Shown one piece after another: positions 1 through 9,745 of a DNA stretch of 64,000 bases. The DNA is taken from positions 325,583 through 389,582 of the forward strand of contig JADJXH010000003.1 of NCBI GenBank assembly GCA_016715895.1, in the 5' to 3' direction. Made by a program: the position numbers and the translations under genes. The stretch is from Flavobacteriales bacterium (GTDB lineage Bacteria > Bacteroidota > Bacteroidia > Flavobacteriales_F > PHOS-HE28). The notes below the pieces were generated by a model. That model was not told the DNA's origin. It ran no database searches and was given only the letters and a program-made list of their open reading frames with translations. The stretch's first letter is position 1; each line of letters opens with the position of its first letter.

Positions 1-2
1 TG

Positions 3-2582
3 GTGCTGGACGGTGTTCCGGTGCCGTCGTCTGCGTTCACGCCCTACCCGGCCTGCACCACGGTGGCCCACGCCTCACTGCCGCTTCCGGTGGGCAGCCA
101 CACCCTGGAGTGTGTGGGCGGTCTCACGGCGTACGTGTATGGCATGGGCAGCGCCGAGAGCTACGCTTACTCCGTCGGCTCCTTCACGCCGGAGCCCATC
201 CTTCCGCTGGACACCGTGCTGTGCCTGGCGGACACGAACACCACCATCACGCTCTCGATCCCCGAGCCGCTGAACGATCCCTACTGGACCACCCAGAGCG
301 ACCCGAACACGGTCCTGTTCCAAGGGGCCAGCTTCACCTTCACCCCGACGGCGTCCGACGTGTACATCGTGACGGGCACCTCGGGGATCAGCGGCTGCGA
401 GAAGCAGTTCTTCTTCAGCATCGAACTGGCGATCCCGCCGGTGATCCAGGCCCTGGCGAGCGGTGACAGCACCGGGGTGGAGGCCTGCCTGCTGCAGCCG
501 GTCCAACTGGGCGTGGCCGTCAGCCCGCCCGGGACCTACAGCTACACTTGGAGCCCGGGTGCCGACCTCAACGACCCGTCCATCTCCTCGCCGGTGGCGA
601 GCCCGGCGCACACCACCTGGTACACGGTGGTGGTGAGCACACTGAACGGCTGTGCGGTGACGACCGACAGCGTGCAGGTGACCGTGGTGAACGGGGACGT
701 GTTCTCGGTGACCACCACGGCGGTCCCCCCCTTGATCTGCACCGGCGAGCAGAGCCAGCTGGGGCTCAGCGCCCAGCAGGTGATCCAGGGGCTCGACGTG
801 CTGGATGTGGCGCCGTCGTCCCTGTGGAACGGCATTCTGAACGGCAGCATCAGCAACGCCTGCGGATCCGTGGCCGGCAATGCGCTCTACTTCGATGGAC
901 CAGGACAGCGCAGCGCCACGGCGGGACCGGTCGACGTGTCCACAGGGGGGACGGTCCGGTTCGCGATCAAGATCGCCACGGGTACAGCGCCCTGCGAGGA
1001 TGCCGATCCCGGGGAACATGTGGTGCTGGAGTACAGCACGAACGGGGGAGGGGCGTGGACGATCATGGACACCTACTACGAGTATGCGCACCCCACCTTC
1101 AGCGTGATCCAGGTGAACATCCCGGCACCGGCACAGACCGTGAGCACGTTGTTCCGCTGGCGGCAGCTGGCCAATGGGGGAACGGGCGAGGACAATTGGA
1201 GCCTGGATGATGTGGCGATCACCACCAACACGGTGGGGGGCTTGTCCTTTACCTGGACACCCGCCGCCACGCTCAATGATCCGTCCATCGCCGATCCGCT
1301 CGCGACACCGCCCACGGACCAGTGGTACACCGTGGACGTGTTCGATGCGCAGTTCGGCTGCACCTACACCGATTCGGTCTTCGTGCAGGTGGGTCAGTCC
1401 TTCGACCTGTTGCTGGTGGACGACACCACGATCTGCAGCGGCGGCTCGGTGGTGCTGAACGCGCAACCCACCTCGGGCACGGGCCACTCCTGGTCCTGGT
1501 CACCCGGTACGGGCCTCAACGCCACCTTCCTGCAGGCCCCCACGGCATCGCCCACGGCCACCACCACCTACTTCGTGACGGTGACGAACGCCGAAGGCTG
1601 TGTGCGCACCGATAGCGTCACCGTTCAGGTGGACGTGCCGCTGGTGGTGCTTGCCTTGAACGGCACCGATCCCATCTGCAGCGGCAGCAGCACCCAGCTC
1701 ACGGCCGTGGTGAGCGGCGGGCAGGGCGGGTACAGCTACCTGTGGTCGCCTCCGGTGGACCTGAACGACCCCGGGGCGCAGGCACCCCTGGCCAGCCCCG
1801 GCAGCACCACGGTCTATACGGTGACGGTCACCGATACGCTCTGCGCCACAAGTGCCTCAGCCTCGGTGACGGTGAACGTGATCCCGGGTGTGGAGGTGGA
1901 CCTCGGCCCCGATCAGGTGCTGTGCCCGGGTGCCGGCACGGTGCTGTCCACCGGCCTGGCCGGGCCCGACCATGTCTGGAGCACGGGCGCCACCACCTCG
2001 GGCATCACCGTGGATCAGCCCGGGACCTATTGGGTGGAGGTCAGCCTCGGCCAGTGTGGCGGAACGGACACGGTGGTCGTCTCACCCGCTCCCGATCCGG
2101 GTCCGCTCGACTTCGAGGCCGTGGCCTGCCCCGGCGACAGCGTGCTGCTGATCATCCCCTACGAGGGCGTGTCCTACACCTGGTCGGGCGGGGCCACCAC
2201 AAGGGCCATCGTGGTGGGTGCGCAGGGCAGCTATGGCTTCAGCGTCACGGACGCCTTCGGCTGCACGTATTCGGGCATCGCGGCCGTGATCCCCGATCCG
2301 CTCGGGACGGACATCGTGGTGCCCAACGTCTTCAGTCCGAACGGGGATGGCAACAACGATCGCTTCGAGCCCATGGCCAACGGGAGCCAGGACGTGGAGG
2401 TCTCCATCTATGACCGCTGGGGGACCGAGGTGTTCCGTTCCACCAGCCTCGCCGTCACCTGGGATGGCAACAACCCGGACCGCAAGGCGAGCGAAGGCAC
2501 GTACTTCTACGTGATCCGCTACACACCGTCATGCGATGACACCTTGCGCGAACTGCGCGGGCATGTCACCGTACTGCGCTGA
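3..2582 (+). CDS. Large secreted multi-repeat adhesin-like protein with a MAM-like domain and a T9SS type-B (gliding motility-associated, CHU_C-like) C-terminal sorting domain; 5' end truncated by the window edge
   Basis: C-terminus ...IVVPNVFSPNGDGNNDRFEP...GTYFYVIRYT matches the gliding-motility-associated C-terminal domain. Internal Ig-like repeats share SP..DLNDP motifs. ORF runs from the window start with no stop. Confidence 0.8.
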   Translation: MLDGVPVPSSAFTPYPACTTVAHASLPLPVGSHTLECVGGLTAYVYGMGSAESYAYSVGSFTPEPILPLDTVLCLADTNTTITLSIPEPLNDPYWTTQSDPNTVLFQGASFTFTPTASDVYIVTGTSGISGCEKQFFFSIELAIPPVIQALASGDSTGVEACLLQPVQLGVAVSPPGTYSYTWSPGADLNDPSISSPVASPAHTTWYTVVVSTLNGCAVTTDSVQVTVVNGDVFSVTTTAVPPLICTGEQSQLGLSAQQVIQGLDVLDVAPSSLWNGILNGSISNACGSVAGNALYFDGPGQRSATAGPVDVSTGGTVRFAIKIATGTAPCEDADPGEHVVLEYSTNGGGAWTIMDTYYEYAHPTFSVIQVNIPAPAQTVSTLFRWRQLANGGTGEDNWSLDDVAITTNTVGGLSFTWTPAATLNDPSIADPLATPPTDQWYTVDVFDAQFGCTYTDSVFVQVGQSFDLLLVDDTTICSGGSVVLNAQPTSGTGHSWSWSPGTGLNATFLQAPTASPTATTTYFVTVTNAEGCVRTDSVTVQVDVPLVVLALNGTDPICSGSSTQLTAVVSGGQGGYSYLWSPPVDLNDPGAQAPLASPGSTTVYTVTVTDTLCATSASASVTVNVIPGVEVDLGPDQVLCPGAGTVLSTGLAGPDHVWSTGATTSGITVDQPGTYWVEVSLGQCGGTDTVVVSPAPDPGPLDFEAVACPGDSVLLIIPYEGVSYTWSGGATTRAIVVGAQGSYGFSVTDAFGCTYSGIAAVIPDPLGTDIVVPNVFSPNGDGNNDRFEPMANGSQDVEVSIYDRWGTEVFRSTSLAVTWDGNNPDRKASEGTYFYVIRYTPSCDDTLRELRGHVTVLR

Positions 2583-2588
2583 ACGGGC

Positions 2589-3653
2589 TCAGTACCGGGT
2601 GATGAGCGCGATGCCCTCGTAGGCCTTCAGGCTGCCCGGCGGAAGCATGCGGACATCACCGCCATGCCGCAGTTGCGCGGCGATGATCCGGTCCACCACA
2701 TCCGCCTCGTCGGCCGGCGCATCAAGCTGCACGCGGTCGTCCACCACGGCCCCGGGGATCACCAGGTCGCGGTCGACCAGCAAGGTCTGTCCGCGGCCTT
2801 CCTGCACCCGTGCCCAGATGTCATCGACCGTGGTCACATGCTTGTCGGCGGGGGTCCTGGCCAGGGTCTCCAGATCGGCCAGGTGGCGCCGTTTCTGGTC
2901 TTCATAGGCCAGCGGCCACGCCTGCCGCACCAGTTCGGCCGGGGCCGCATGCTCGTGGTTGCCTTCGAGCTGGGCGATGAAGAGCCCGGCGTGGGGCGCG
3001 GCCTCCAGGAAGGGTGCATGATGGGTGGCCGTGGTGGCCACCACCACCCTTCCCTGTGGACCAACGGCCTGCTCCACGGCCTTGGCCACGTCGGCGTACC
3101 AATGGCGGGCCTGGTTGTCCTGGCCGCGCGAGGTGGTCACCTGCGCTGCATCGGTCGTGTAGTGGCGGTTCTCCAGGGGAAGTCCGCCGCGCACCTCACC
3201 CACCAGGTGGTCATCGTTCGCCGCGAAGAGCCGTGCCGCATGCTGGCTGAGTACCAGGACGTGATAGTGGACCGATCCGAGCCGCGCCCGGACCACGTCG
3301 CGCACCATGTAGGCGTCACCCACCACCACGCGCGCATCCACCGGGAAGGGCAGCTTCACGAGCTCGGCATGGTCGGCGGACGCGAAAAGCGCGAGGCCGT
3401 CCATGTGGTGGCCGTGGTCAACGGACGTGGCGAGGGTGTGCAGGCGATCGATGATGGGCGCCACCGTACGCTTCCCGCCCAAGCCGCCGAGGCGGTCCTC
3501 GGCCTGGCGGAGCAGGTCCTTCAACAGGATGATGTCCCGGTTCGCATCCGGCATCGTCCGGTGCGTGGGCAGGGTGAGGGTGACACAGGGCCCCGGTCGG
3601 GCTTCCATCAGGCGGTCGATCACCGGGTCGTGCAGAAGGGTGCGGGTGGTCAT
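2589..3653 (-). CDS. Hypothetical protein, possibly a bacterial eRF1-like (baeRF/Vms1-like) domain protein
   Basis: 354-aa ORF with protein-like composition and no recognised catalytic motif. The C-terminal ...DVRMLPPGSLKAYEGIALITRY resembles eRF1-like families. The overlapping 337-aa plus-strand ORF is antisense noise. Confidence 0.45.
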   Translation of the reverse strand: MTTRTLLHDPVIDRLMEARPGPCVTLTLPTHRTMPDANRDIILLKDLLRQAEDRLGGLGGKRTVAPIIDRLHTLATSVDHGHHMDGLALFASADHAELVKLPFPVDARVVVGDAYMVRDVVRARLGSVHYHVLVLSQHAARLFAANDDHLVGEVRGGLPLENRHYTTDAAQVTTSRGQDNQARHWYADVAKAVEQAVGPQGRVVVATTATHHAPFLEAAPHAGLFIAQLEGNHEHAAPAELVRQAWPLAYEDQKRRHLADLETLARTPADKHVTTVDDIWARVQEGRGQTLLVDRDLVIPGAVVDDRVQLDAPADEADVVDRIIAAQLRHGGDVRMLPPGSLKAYEGIALITRY

Positions 3654-3736
3654 GATCAGGTCGGTTGGGGACCTTGAAGGTCCGGAACGACCGGATGTGC
3701 CGGCATGATGCCGGTCAAGCCGGAAGGCAACGATCG

Positions 3737-6691
3737 TCAGTTCAGCCTGCTGCGCAGGTGTGCGCCTGTGAGGCTGGAAGGGTGGGCGGCCAAGGCCTCC
3801 GGGGAACCCACGAAGACGAGCTCTCCGCCGGCATCGCCGCCATCGGGTCCCAGGTCGATGACGTGGTCGGCGCAGGCGATCACCTCCATGTTGTGTTCGA
3901 TGCAGATCACACTATGCCCGTTGCGGATGAGCATGTCCAGGGCCTTGAGCAGCCGGGCGATGTCATGCACATGCAGGCCGGTGGTGGGCTCGTCGAAGAT
4001 GAAGAGGGTGGGGCGCTCCTCCTGACCCTTGGTGAGGAAGCTGGCGAGCTTGATGCGCTGGGCCTCGCCGCCGCTGAGGGTGCTGCTGCTCTGGCCGAGC
4101 TTCACATAGCCGAGGCCCACGTCCTGCAAGGGTTTCAGCCGGTGCACGATGCGGGCGCAGGCCGCCGGGCCGCTCGCGCCGCCGAAGAAGGTGATGGCGT
4201 CGTCCACGGTGAGGTCGAGCACCTCGGCGATGTCGCGGCCCTGGAAGCGGACATCGAGCATCTCCTCCTTGAATCGCTTGCCGCGGCAGGCTTCGCAGGT
4301 GAGCCGGATATCGGCCATGAACTGCATCTCGATGTGCACCTCACCCTCGCCCTGGCAGGTCTCGCAGCGGCCACCGTCCACATTGAAGCTGAAGAAGGAG
4401 GGCTTGTATCCGCGCACACGCGCCACGTCCTGCTCGCTGAAGAGCTGGCGGATCTCCTCGTAGGCCTTCACATAGGTCACCGGGTTGCTGCGGCTGCTGC
4501 GGCCGATGGGGTCCTGGTCCACGAGCTCCACGGCCTCGATGCGTTTCAGGTCCCCTTCCAGGGCGCGGTGCTCGCCGGGGCGTTCGCTGAACCCCTCCAG
4601 CTCGCGGCGCAGGGCGGGGTACAGGATGCGCTTCACCAGGGTGGTCTTGCCGCTGCCGCTCACACCGGTCACCACGGTGAGCATGTGCAGGGGGAAGGCC
4701 ACGTCGATGTCCTTCAGGTTGTTGGCCCGCGCACCCCGAACGATGATCCGGTCCTTCACGGGCCGCCGCCCGGTGGGGCGGGGGATGCGCAGACGGCCGG
4801 TGAGGTAGCGGGCCGTGAGGCTGTCGCTGGAGAGCAGGGCGGCATGGTCGCCCTGGAAGACCACCTGGCCGCCGTGCGAGCCCGCTTCGGGGCCCATGTC
4901 GATGATGTGGTCGGCCGCCCGCATCACCTCCTCGTCGTGCTCCACCACGATCACGGTGTTGCCCAGGTCGCGGAGGCGCTTCAGCACACCGATCAGGCGT
5001 TGGGTGTCGCGCGGGTGCAGGCCGATGCTGGGCTCGTCCAGGATGTACATGCTGCCCACCAGGCTGCTGCCCAGGCTGGTGGCCAGGTCGATGCGCTGGG
5101 TCTCGCCGCCGCTCAGGGTGTTGCTGCGGCGGTCGAGCGTGAGGTAGCCCACGCCCACATCGCTCAGGTATTGCAGGCGGTTGCGGATTTCGGTGAGCAG
5201 CCGGGCGGCCACATGCTGGTCATGCTCGTTCAGCTCCAGCGCGCGGAAGAACGCCAGCAGCCGGTCGATCGGCATGCGCACGAGCTCGGTGATGGTGCGG
5301 TCGGCGACGCGCACGTAGGAGGCCTCCTTCCGCAGGCGCGACCCGCCGCAGGACGGGCAGGTGGTCTTGCCCCTGTAGCGGCTGGCCAGCACGCGGTACT
5401 GGATCTTGTAGCTCTTCTCCTCCACGTACCGGAAGAAGGCATCGATGCCGCGGACGCCCCGGGCCCCCTTCCACAGCAGGTCGCGCTGCGGGTCGGTCAG
5501 GTCGCGGTAGGGCCGGTGGATGGGGAAGTCATGGCGTTCGGCCTGCTCGATGAAGGCGGTGCGCCATTCCCCCAGCTTCTCCCCGCGCCAGGGGGCCACG
5601 CATTCGTCATACACGCTCAGCCCCTGGTCGGGGATCACCAGGTCGTGGTCGATGCCGATCACGCTGCCGTAGCCTTCGCATTGGGGGCAGGCGCCCACCG
5701 GGTCGTTGAAGCTGAACAGGTTGGTGCTGGGTTCCTCGAAGCGCATGCCATCGCGCTCGAAGCGATCGTTGAGCACGGTACGGCGCACGCCCCCGCGTCC
5801 ATCGTCCCCCAGAAGGTGCAGTTCGCCCTGCCCCTCGAAGAAGGCGGCCTCGGCACTGTCCGCGATGCGGCTGTCGTTCTCGGGATCGTCGGCCGTCACG
5901 CTCACGCGGTCCACCACCAGGGACCACTCGCCCGTGGGCAGGGTACGCGCCGCCAGCAGGTCCTCGATGCGGTGCACCGTGGTGCCGTCGTGGACCCGCG
6001 CGAACCCCTGCTGGTGGAGCACATCGAGGTGTTGGGCCATCGTGCGTCCGGAGGGCAGGTGGAGCGGGCAGAGGAGGAGGACGGCCGACCCGGCCGGATG
6101 GCTGTGCACGGTCCGCAGGACGTCCTCCACGGTGTGGCGCTTCACGGGTTCGCCGCTCACCGGACTGTAGGTGCGGCCGATGCGGGCGAAGAGGAGCTTG
6201 AGGTGGTCGTAGACCTCGGTGCTGGTGCCCACGGTGCTCCGCGGGTTGCGGGTCATCACCTTCTGTTCGATGGCGATGGCCGGGCTGATCCCGATGATGC
6301 GGTCCACATCGGGTTTCTCCAGCCGGCCCATGAACTGGCGGGCGTAGCTGCTGAGGCTCTCCACGTACCGGCGTTGTCCTTCGGCATACAGGGTGTCGAA
6401 GGCCAGGCTGCTCTTGCCGCTTCCGCTGAGGCCGGTGATCACCACCAGCTTTCCCCGCGGGATGTCGACGTCGATGTTCTTCAGGTTGTGGACGCGGGCA
6501 CCCTGCACCCGGATCAGGCCGGGAGACCTGGTCGGGGCGGGCGGAGCACCGTTCGCGGAAGCGGGTGCGGACCTTCGGGTGCGGGAGGGGGTGGGCAAGA
6601 GCGGCGCGAAATTAGGCATCGGCCTGCCCGCTGTTCCCGGCAGATCACTACCTTCGCCTTGGTCCGACGAAAAGTTGACCCGGTCGCACAA
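3737..6691 (-). CDS. uvrA: Excinuclease ABC subunit A (UvrA). True start may be the internal Met at 6619 (MPNFAPLL...).
   Basis: Hallmark N-terminus [54 protein letters not shown]. Two ABC ATPase modules with zinc-finger CxxC pairs. Length and architecture are typical of UvrA. Confidence 0.95.
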   Translation of the reverse strand: MCDRVNFSSDQGEGSDLPGTAGRPMPNFAPLLPTPSRTRRSAPASANGAPPAPTRSPGLIRVQGARVHNLKNIDVDIPRGKLVVITGLSGSGKSSLAFDTLYAEGQRRYVESLSSYARQFMGRLEKPDVDRIIGISPAIAIEQKVMTRNPRSTVGTSTEVYDHLKLLFARIGRTYSPVSGEPVKRHTVEDVLRTVHSHPAGSAVLLLCPLHLPSGRTMAQHLDVLHQQGFARVHDGTTVHRIEDLLAARTLPTGEWSLVVDRVSVTADDPENDSRIADSAEAAFFEGQGELHLLGDDGRGGVRRTVLNDRFERDGMRFEEPSTNLFSFNDPVGACPQCEGYGSVIGIDHDLVIPDQGLSVYDECVAPWRGEKLGEWRTAFIEQAERHDFPIHRPYRDLTDPQRDLLWKGARGVRGIDAFFRYVEEKSYKIQYRVLASRYRGKTTCPSCGGSRLRKEASYVRVADRTITELVRMPIDRLLAFFRALELNEHDQHVAARLLTEIRNRLQYLSDVGVGYLTLDRRSNTLSGGETQRIDLATSLGSSLVGSMYILDEPSIGLHPRDTQRLIGVLKRLRDLGNTVIVVEHDEEVMRAADHIIDMGPEAGSHGGQVVFQGDHAALLSSDSLTARYLTGRLRIPRPTGRRPVKDRIIVRGARANNLKDIDVAFPLHMLTVVTGVSGSGKTTLVKRILYPALRRELEGFSERPGEHRALEGDLKRIEAVELVDQDPIGRSSRSNPVTYVKAYEEIRQLFSEQDVARVRGYKPSFFSFNVDGGRCETCQGEGEVHIEMQFMADIRLTCEACRGKRFKEEMLDVRFQGRDIAEVLDLTVDDAITFFGGASGPAACARIVHRLKPLQDVGLGYVKLGQSSSTLSGGEAQRIKLASFLTKGQEERPTLFIFDEPTTGLHVHDIARLLKALDMLIRNGHSVICIEHNMEVIACADHVIDLGPDGGDAGGELVFVGSPEALAAHPSSLTGAHLRSRLN

Positions 6692-6838
6692 TACGGACGA
6701 TCAGGCAACGTTCTCACCCCGGGCCACGTCATATCCCCGAACCCGGCCGACAGGCCCGCACCTTCAAAACCCCCTTCGCCCATCGCGTGACCACTACCCT
6801 GGATCGTTGATCCGAACCGGACAAAAAGGGAAGGTCAC

Positions 6839-7426
6839 ATGCGTACGAAGGTGCTCACCGATACGGAGCTCGTGCACGCCTATCAGGCGGGGAACGAGCA
6901 GGCATTCGAAACCCTGCTGCTGCGCCACAAGCGCAAGGTGTGGAGCCACATCTACCTGATGGTGCGTGACCGCGAGGTCACAGAGGACCTCTTCCAGGAG
7001 GCCTTCATCAAGGTGGTGCACACGCTCAAGACAGGGAAGTACAACGAGGAGGGCAAGTTCCTCCCCTGGGTGATGCGGATCGCCCATAATCTGGTCATCG
7101 ACCACTTCCGGCGCGCCAAGAAGATGCCGCTCGTCCGGGGCTCGGAGGATCACGACGTCTTCTCCACCGTGGCGCAGCCCGACCGGAACATCGAGCAGCG
7201 GCTCGTGAACGTGCAGATCGACGAGGACGTGCGGCGGCTGATCGAGCACCTGCCCGAGGAGCAGCGCGAAGTGGTGATCATGCGCACGTACCTGAGCATG
7301 AGCTTCAAGGAGATCGCCGAGCACACCCAGGTGAGCATCAACACCGCCCTGGGGCGGATGCGCTACGCGCTGATCAACATGCGCAAGCTCATCAAGGAAC
7401 ACGACATCCATCTGGAGCGCGCATAG
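6839..7426 (+). CDS. RNA polymerase sigma-70 factor, ECF subfamily
   Basis: The region-2 motif (...[10 protein letters not shown]..., ...[16 protein letters not shown]) and the region-4 helix-turn-helix ([35 protein letters not shown]) are typical of ECF sigma factors; 195 aa. Confidence 0.9.
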   Translation: MRTKVLTDTELVHAYQAGNEQAFETLLLRHKRKVWSHIYLMVRDREVTEDLFQEAFIKVVHTLKTGKYNEEGKFLPWVMRIAHNLVIDHFRRAKKMPLVRGSEDHDVFSTVAQPDRNIEQRLVNVQIDEDVRRLIEHLPEEQREVVIMRTYLSMSFKEIAEHTQVSINTALGRMRYALINMRKLIKEHDIHLERA

Positions 7427-7497
7427 GCCTGCCAGCTGCATGTCCTTGAACGCCGGCCCGTAAGCCGGCGTTCGCATTTGCAGAGGGTAAGGCCTTG

Positions 7498-7590
7498 ATG
7501 TTCAGGAGGTCCTTGGTTCGTTCGGGGGTGTGTGCAATAGCGGGCGGGGCGCTGGCGTTCTTCATCACGCACACCAACCCGATGGCATGA
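7498..7590 (+). CDS. Small 30-aa hydrophobic peptide (MFRRSLVRSGVCAIAGGALAFFITHTNPMA), candidate membrane-anchored partner of the ECF sigma factor
   Basis: Lies 70 bp downstream of the ECF sigma gene. Has a single predicted TM segment. Its stop overlaps the next ORF's start (ATGA). Confidence 0.2.
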   Translation: MFRRSLVRSGVCAIAGGALAFFITHTNPMA

Positions 7591-7760
7591 AGCACTCTAC
7601 CCTCCGCCGGCGCGATCGCCGGTCATCCGTTCGCCGCAGCAGCATGGACCTCCAACCGGGTCCCCGGCCCTCCACCCTCCAGGCCATCCTGAGCTACAGC
7701 AAGGCGCTCTCCGTTGTGGAGGCTCCGCCACTGGGCACCGTGGCCTTGGTGCTCAACTGA
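7587..7760 (+). CDS. Small 57-aa hypothetical protein, translationally coupled to the upstream peptide
   Basis: ATG at 7587 overlaps the TGA of the 30-aa ORF. Located between the ECF sigma gene and nth. No recognisable domain. Confidence 0.2.
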   Translation: MKHSTLRRRDRRSSVRRSSMDLQPGPRPSTLQAILSYSKALSVVEAPPLGTVALVLN

Positions 7761-7768
7761 GGCCCGGA

Positions 7769-8413
7769 TCACCGGCCTGCGGTGAACAGCTCCTTCCGGC
7801 CGATCACGCTGCAGATGGGGCATTTGCGCGGATCGTGGCCTTTGGCCGGGCAGTGTTCGCGGCCGAAGTAGATGATCCGCAGGTGCAGGTCGGCCCATTC
7901 CTCCCTGGGGAAGAGCTTCTTCAGGTCGGCCTCGGTATGCTCCACGCTCTTCCCGTTGCTCAGCGTCCAGCGCCAGGCCAGCCGGTGGATGTGGGTGTCC
8001 ACCGGAAAGGCCGGTACGCCGAAGGCCTGCACCATCACCACGCTGGCGGTCTTGTGGCCCACGGAAGGCAGCGCCTCCAGTTCCTCCAGGGTATCCGGCA
8101 CCTTGCCGCCATGCTTCTCCAGGATGATCCTGCTGAGCCCGTGGATGCCCTTGGCCTTCGCGGGCGCCAGGCCGCAGGGCCGGATGATGTCCTCGATCTG
8201 CTGCACGCTCAGCTTCACCATCTGCTGCGGGGTGCGCGCCTTGGCGAACAGCAGCGGCGTGATCTCGTTCACCTTCCTGTCCGTGCACTGCGCGCTCAGC
8301 ACCACGGCCACCAGCAGCGTGTATGCGTCCTCATGGTCGAGGGGGATGGACGTGCGCGGGTAGAGGTCGGCGAGCTTCTGCGCGACGAAGGCGGCTTTCT
8401 CGGCGCGGGTCAT
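7769..8413 (-). CDS. nth: Endonuclease III (DNA-(apurinic or apyrimidinic site) lyase)
   Basis: HhH-GPD motif ...LPSVGHKTASVVMVQAFGVPAFPVDTHIHRLA. C-terminal 4Fe-4S cluster ligands CPAKGHDPRKCPICSV (CX6CX2CX5C). Confidence 0.95.
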   Translation of the reverse strand: MTRAEKAAFVAQKLADLYPRTSIPLDHEDAYTLLVAVVLSAQCTDRKVNEITPLLFAKARTPQQMVKLSVQQIEDIIRPCGLAPAKAKGIHGLSRIILEKHGGKVPDTLEELEALPSVGHKTASVVMVQAFGVPAFPVDTHIHRLAWRWTLSNGKSVEHTEADLKKLFPREEWADLHLRIIYFGREHCPAKGHDPRKCPICSVIGRKELFTAGR

Positions 8414-8432
8414 CGGTGCGAAGGAACAACGC

Positions 8433-9199
8433 TCACCGGATCCGTTCGCTCAGGTGGGCGCATCGACCGTGCGCCTTTTCGATGTGCTGGTGGTCCTGCG
8501 GCCGCTGCCAGCGGCCGCCCCAGGTCCAGCCGTGGGGGGTCAGGTGCTTCAGGATGCGGGCGCGGGTGAGGGTGCCCGGTCGCGCCGGGTCGTAGCGTCC
8601 GCTGGCGGGTTCGCGAAGCACGCCATCCGGTCCCTGTTTCACCAGCGGGTTCAGCAGCGGGTTGATGTCGATCGCGATCCCTTGGGCGTGCTTGGAGGTC
8701 TCGGGCACGTGGGCCTTGCCGCGGTAGTTGAAGGCGCTGGTGTTGTTGTCGGCATGGAGGCGGCATCGTCCCAGCCCGTGCTGTCGGCGTTGAGCCCGTA
8801 GCGGTTCACCGGCACCACCTTGGCGATGGGGAAGCGGTCATGCAGCAGTCCCTCGAAGATCGCCCGCACCTCGCCGGCCACGCACGCGTGCACCAGCAGG
8901 ATGCCCGTGCACAGGCGGCTGGTGTCGACCGCCGAACAGCTGCTGTCCGCGAAGCCGTAGTAGGTGACCTCCACCGCCTCCAGGTGGTCGCGGATGCCAG
9001 GGTCCAACGGCCCGAGCTTGCGCTCGATGATCCGCAGTTGAACCTCCAGACCGGCGGTGTCGGCCAGGGTGCTATGCGCTATCAGCGTATCATGCCACCT
9101 GGGCTTCTTCTCGGTCCAGGCCGGAGGTTCATGGCTGTCCGACCCGCAGGCAAGGGCCAGCAGGTGGAAGAGCTGGATGCAGGGCAGGGCGTGACGCAT
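8433..9199 (-). pseudogene. M15 family (Peptidase_M15_4-like) metallopeptidase lipoprotein, apparently interrupted by a 1-nt frameshift near 8752
   Basis: The N-terminal part (MRHALPCIQLFHLLALACGS lipobox ... FPIAKVVPVNRYGLNADSTGWDDAASM) is in one frame (ORF 8651..9490). The C-terminal catalytic part (ADNNTSAFNYRGKAHVPETSKHAQGIAIDINP, SxHxxGxAxD zinc-binding motif) is in the +2 frame (ORF 8433..8708). The junction atgccgac would read atgGccgac if intact. Confidence 0.55.
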
Positions 9200-9236
9200 C
9201 GAAGGACCAGCACCTGCAAAGGTGGGCGCCCGGACC

Positions 9237-9671
9237 TCACTCCGCCTTTTTGGGCAGGGGGCGCCAGGTGTAGCTCTTCTGCACGATCCGCCAGGCGCCT
9301 TCGTACCGGAGCAGCAGGAAGTAATCGGTGAACACCCGCCAGCCCGGCACCACGATCTCGGCCTTGGCCATGGCGGCGTTGTGCTCCACGTCGATGGAGA
9401 TGATCCGGCCTTGGCGCTCGTTCCGTTCGCCCGGCTTGAACCCTGCGATGTACTTCTCCCCCGAGCGCACCCACAGGCTGTCGCGCTCATTCACCGTGTA
9501 GAGGTTGAAGTCGGGATGGAACGCGCGGCGTAAACGCTCCGGCTCGCCATTGGCCGTGCCCTCGATGTAGTCCATCAGCGTCGTACGGATCTGCTCGATG
9601 TCGGAGGTCGCGTTCTGAGCGAACGCTGATGCGATGGAGAACAGGCCGGTCAAGAGGAGAGGGGTGCGCAT
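9237..9671 (-). CDS. Nuclear transport factor 2 (SnoaL-like) family secreted protein
   Basis: Signal peptide MRTPLLLTGLFSIASAFAQ. A ~125-aa mature domain in an NTF2-like/SnoaL fold pattern (…LMDYIEGTANGEPERLRRAFHPDF…). Confidence 0.55.
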   Translation of the reverse strand: MRTPLLLTGLFSIASAFAQNATSDIEQIRTTLMDYIEGTANGEPERLRRAFHPDFNLYTVNERDSLWVRSGEKYIAGFKPGERNERQGRIISIDVEHNAAMAKAEIVVPGWRVFTDYFLLLRYEGAWRIVQKSYTWRPLPKKAE

Positions 9672-9745
9672 GGCGACAAAGTAGTCCCGCTCCGCGCAAG
9701 GCCGGTCCCGCCGGGACACGGTTCATCCCAGAAGGGCCGGGACGC

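Noticed and set aside
3665-6790. 1041-aa plus-strand ORF covering the entire uvrA locus
   Set aside because: Antisense to an unambiguous UvrA gene. It has Ala/Gly/Arg-rich low-complexity translation typical of stop-codon-poor antisense frames in about 67% GC DNA. The same applies to 2664..3677 (antisense to the 2589..3653 gene), 9629..11251 (antisense to GMC), 21074..23026 (antisense to E1), 51604..53913 (antisense to DUF349), 33209..34126 and 33291..34169.
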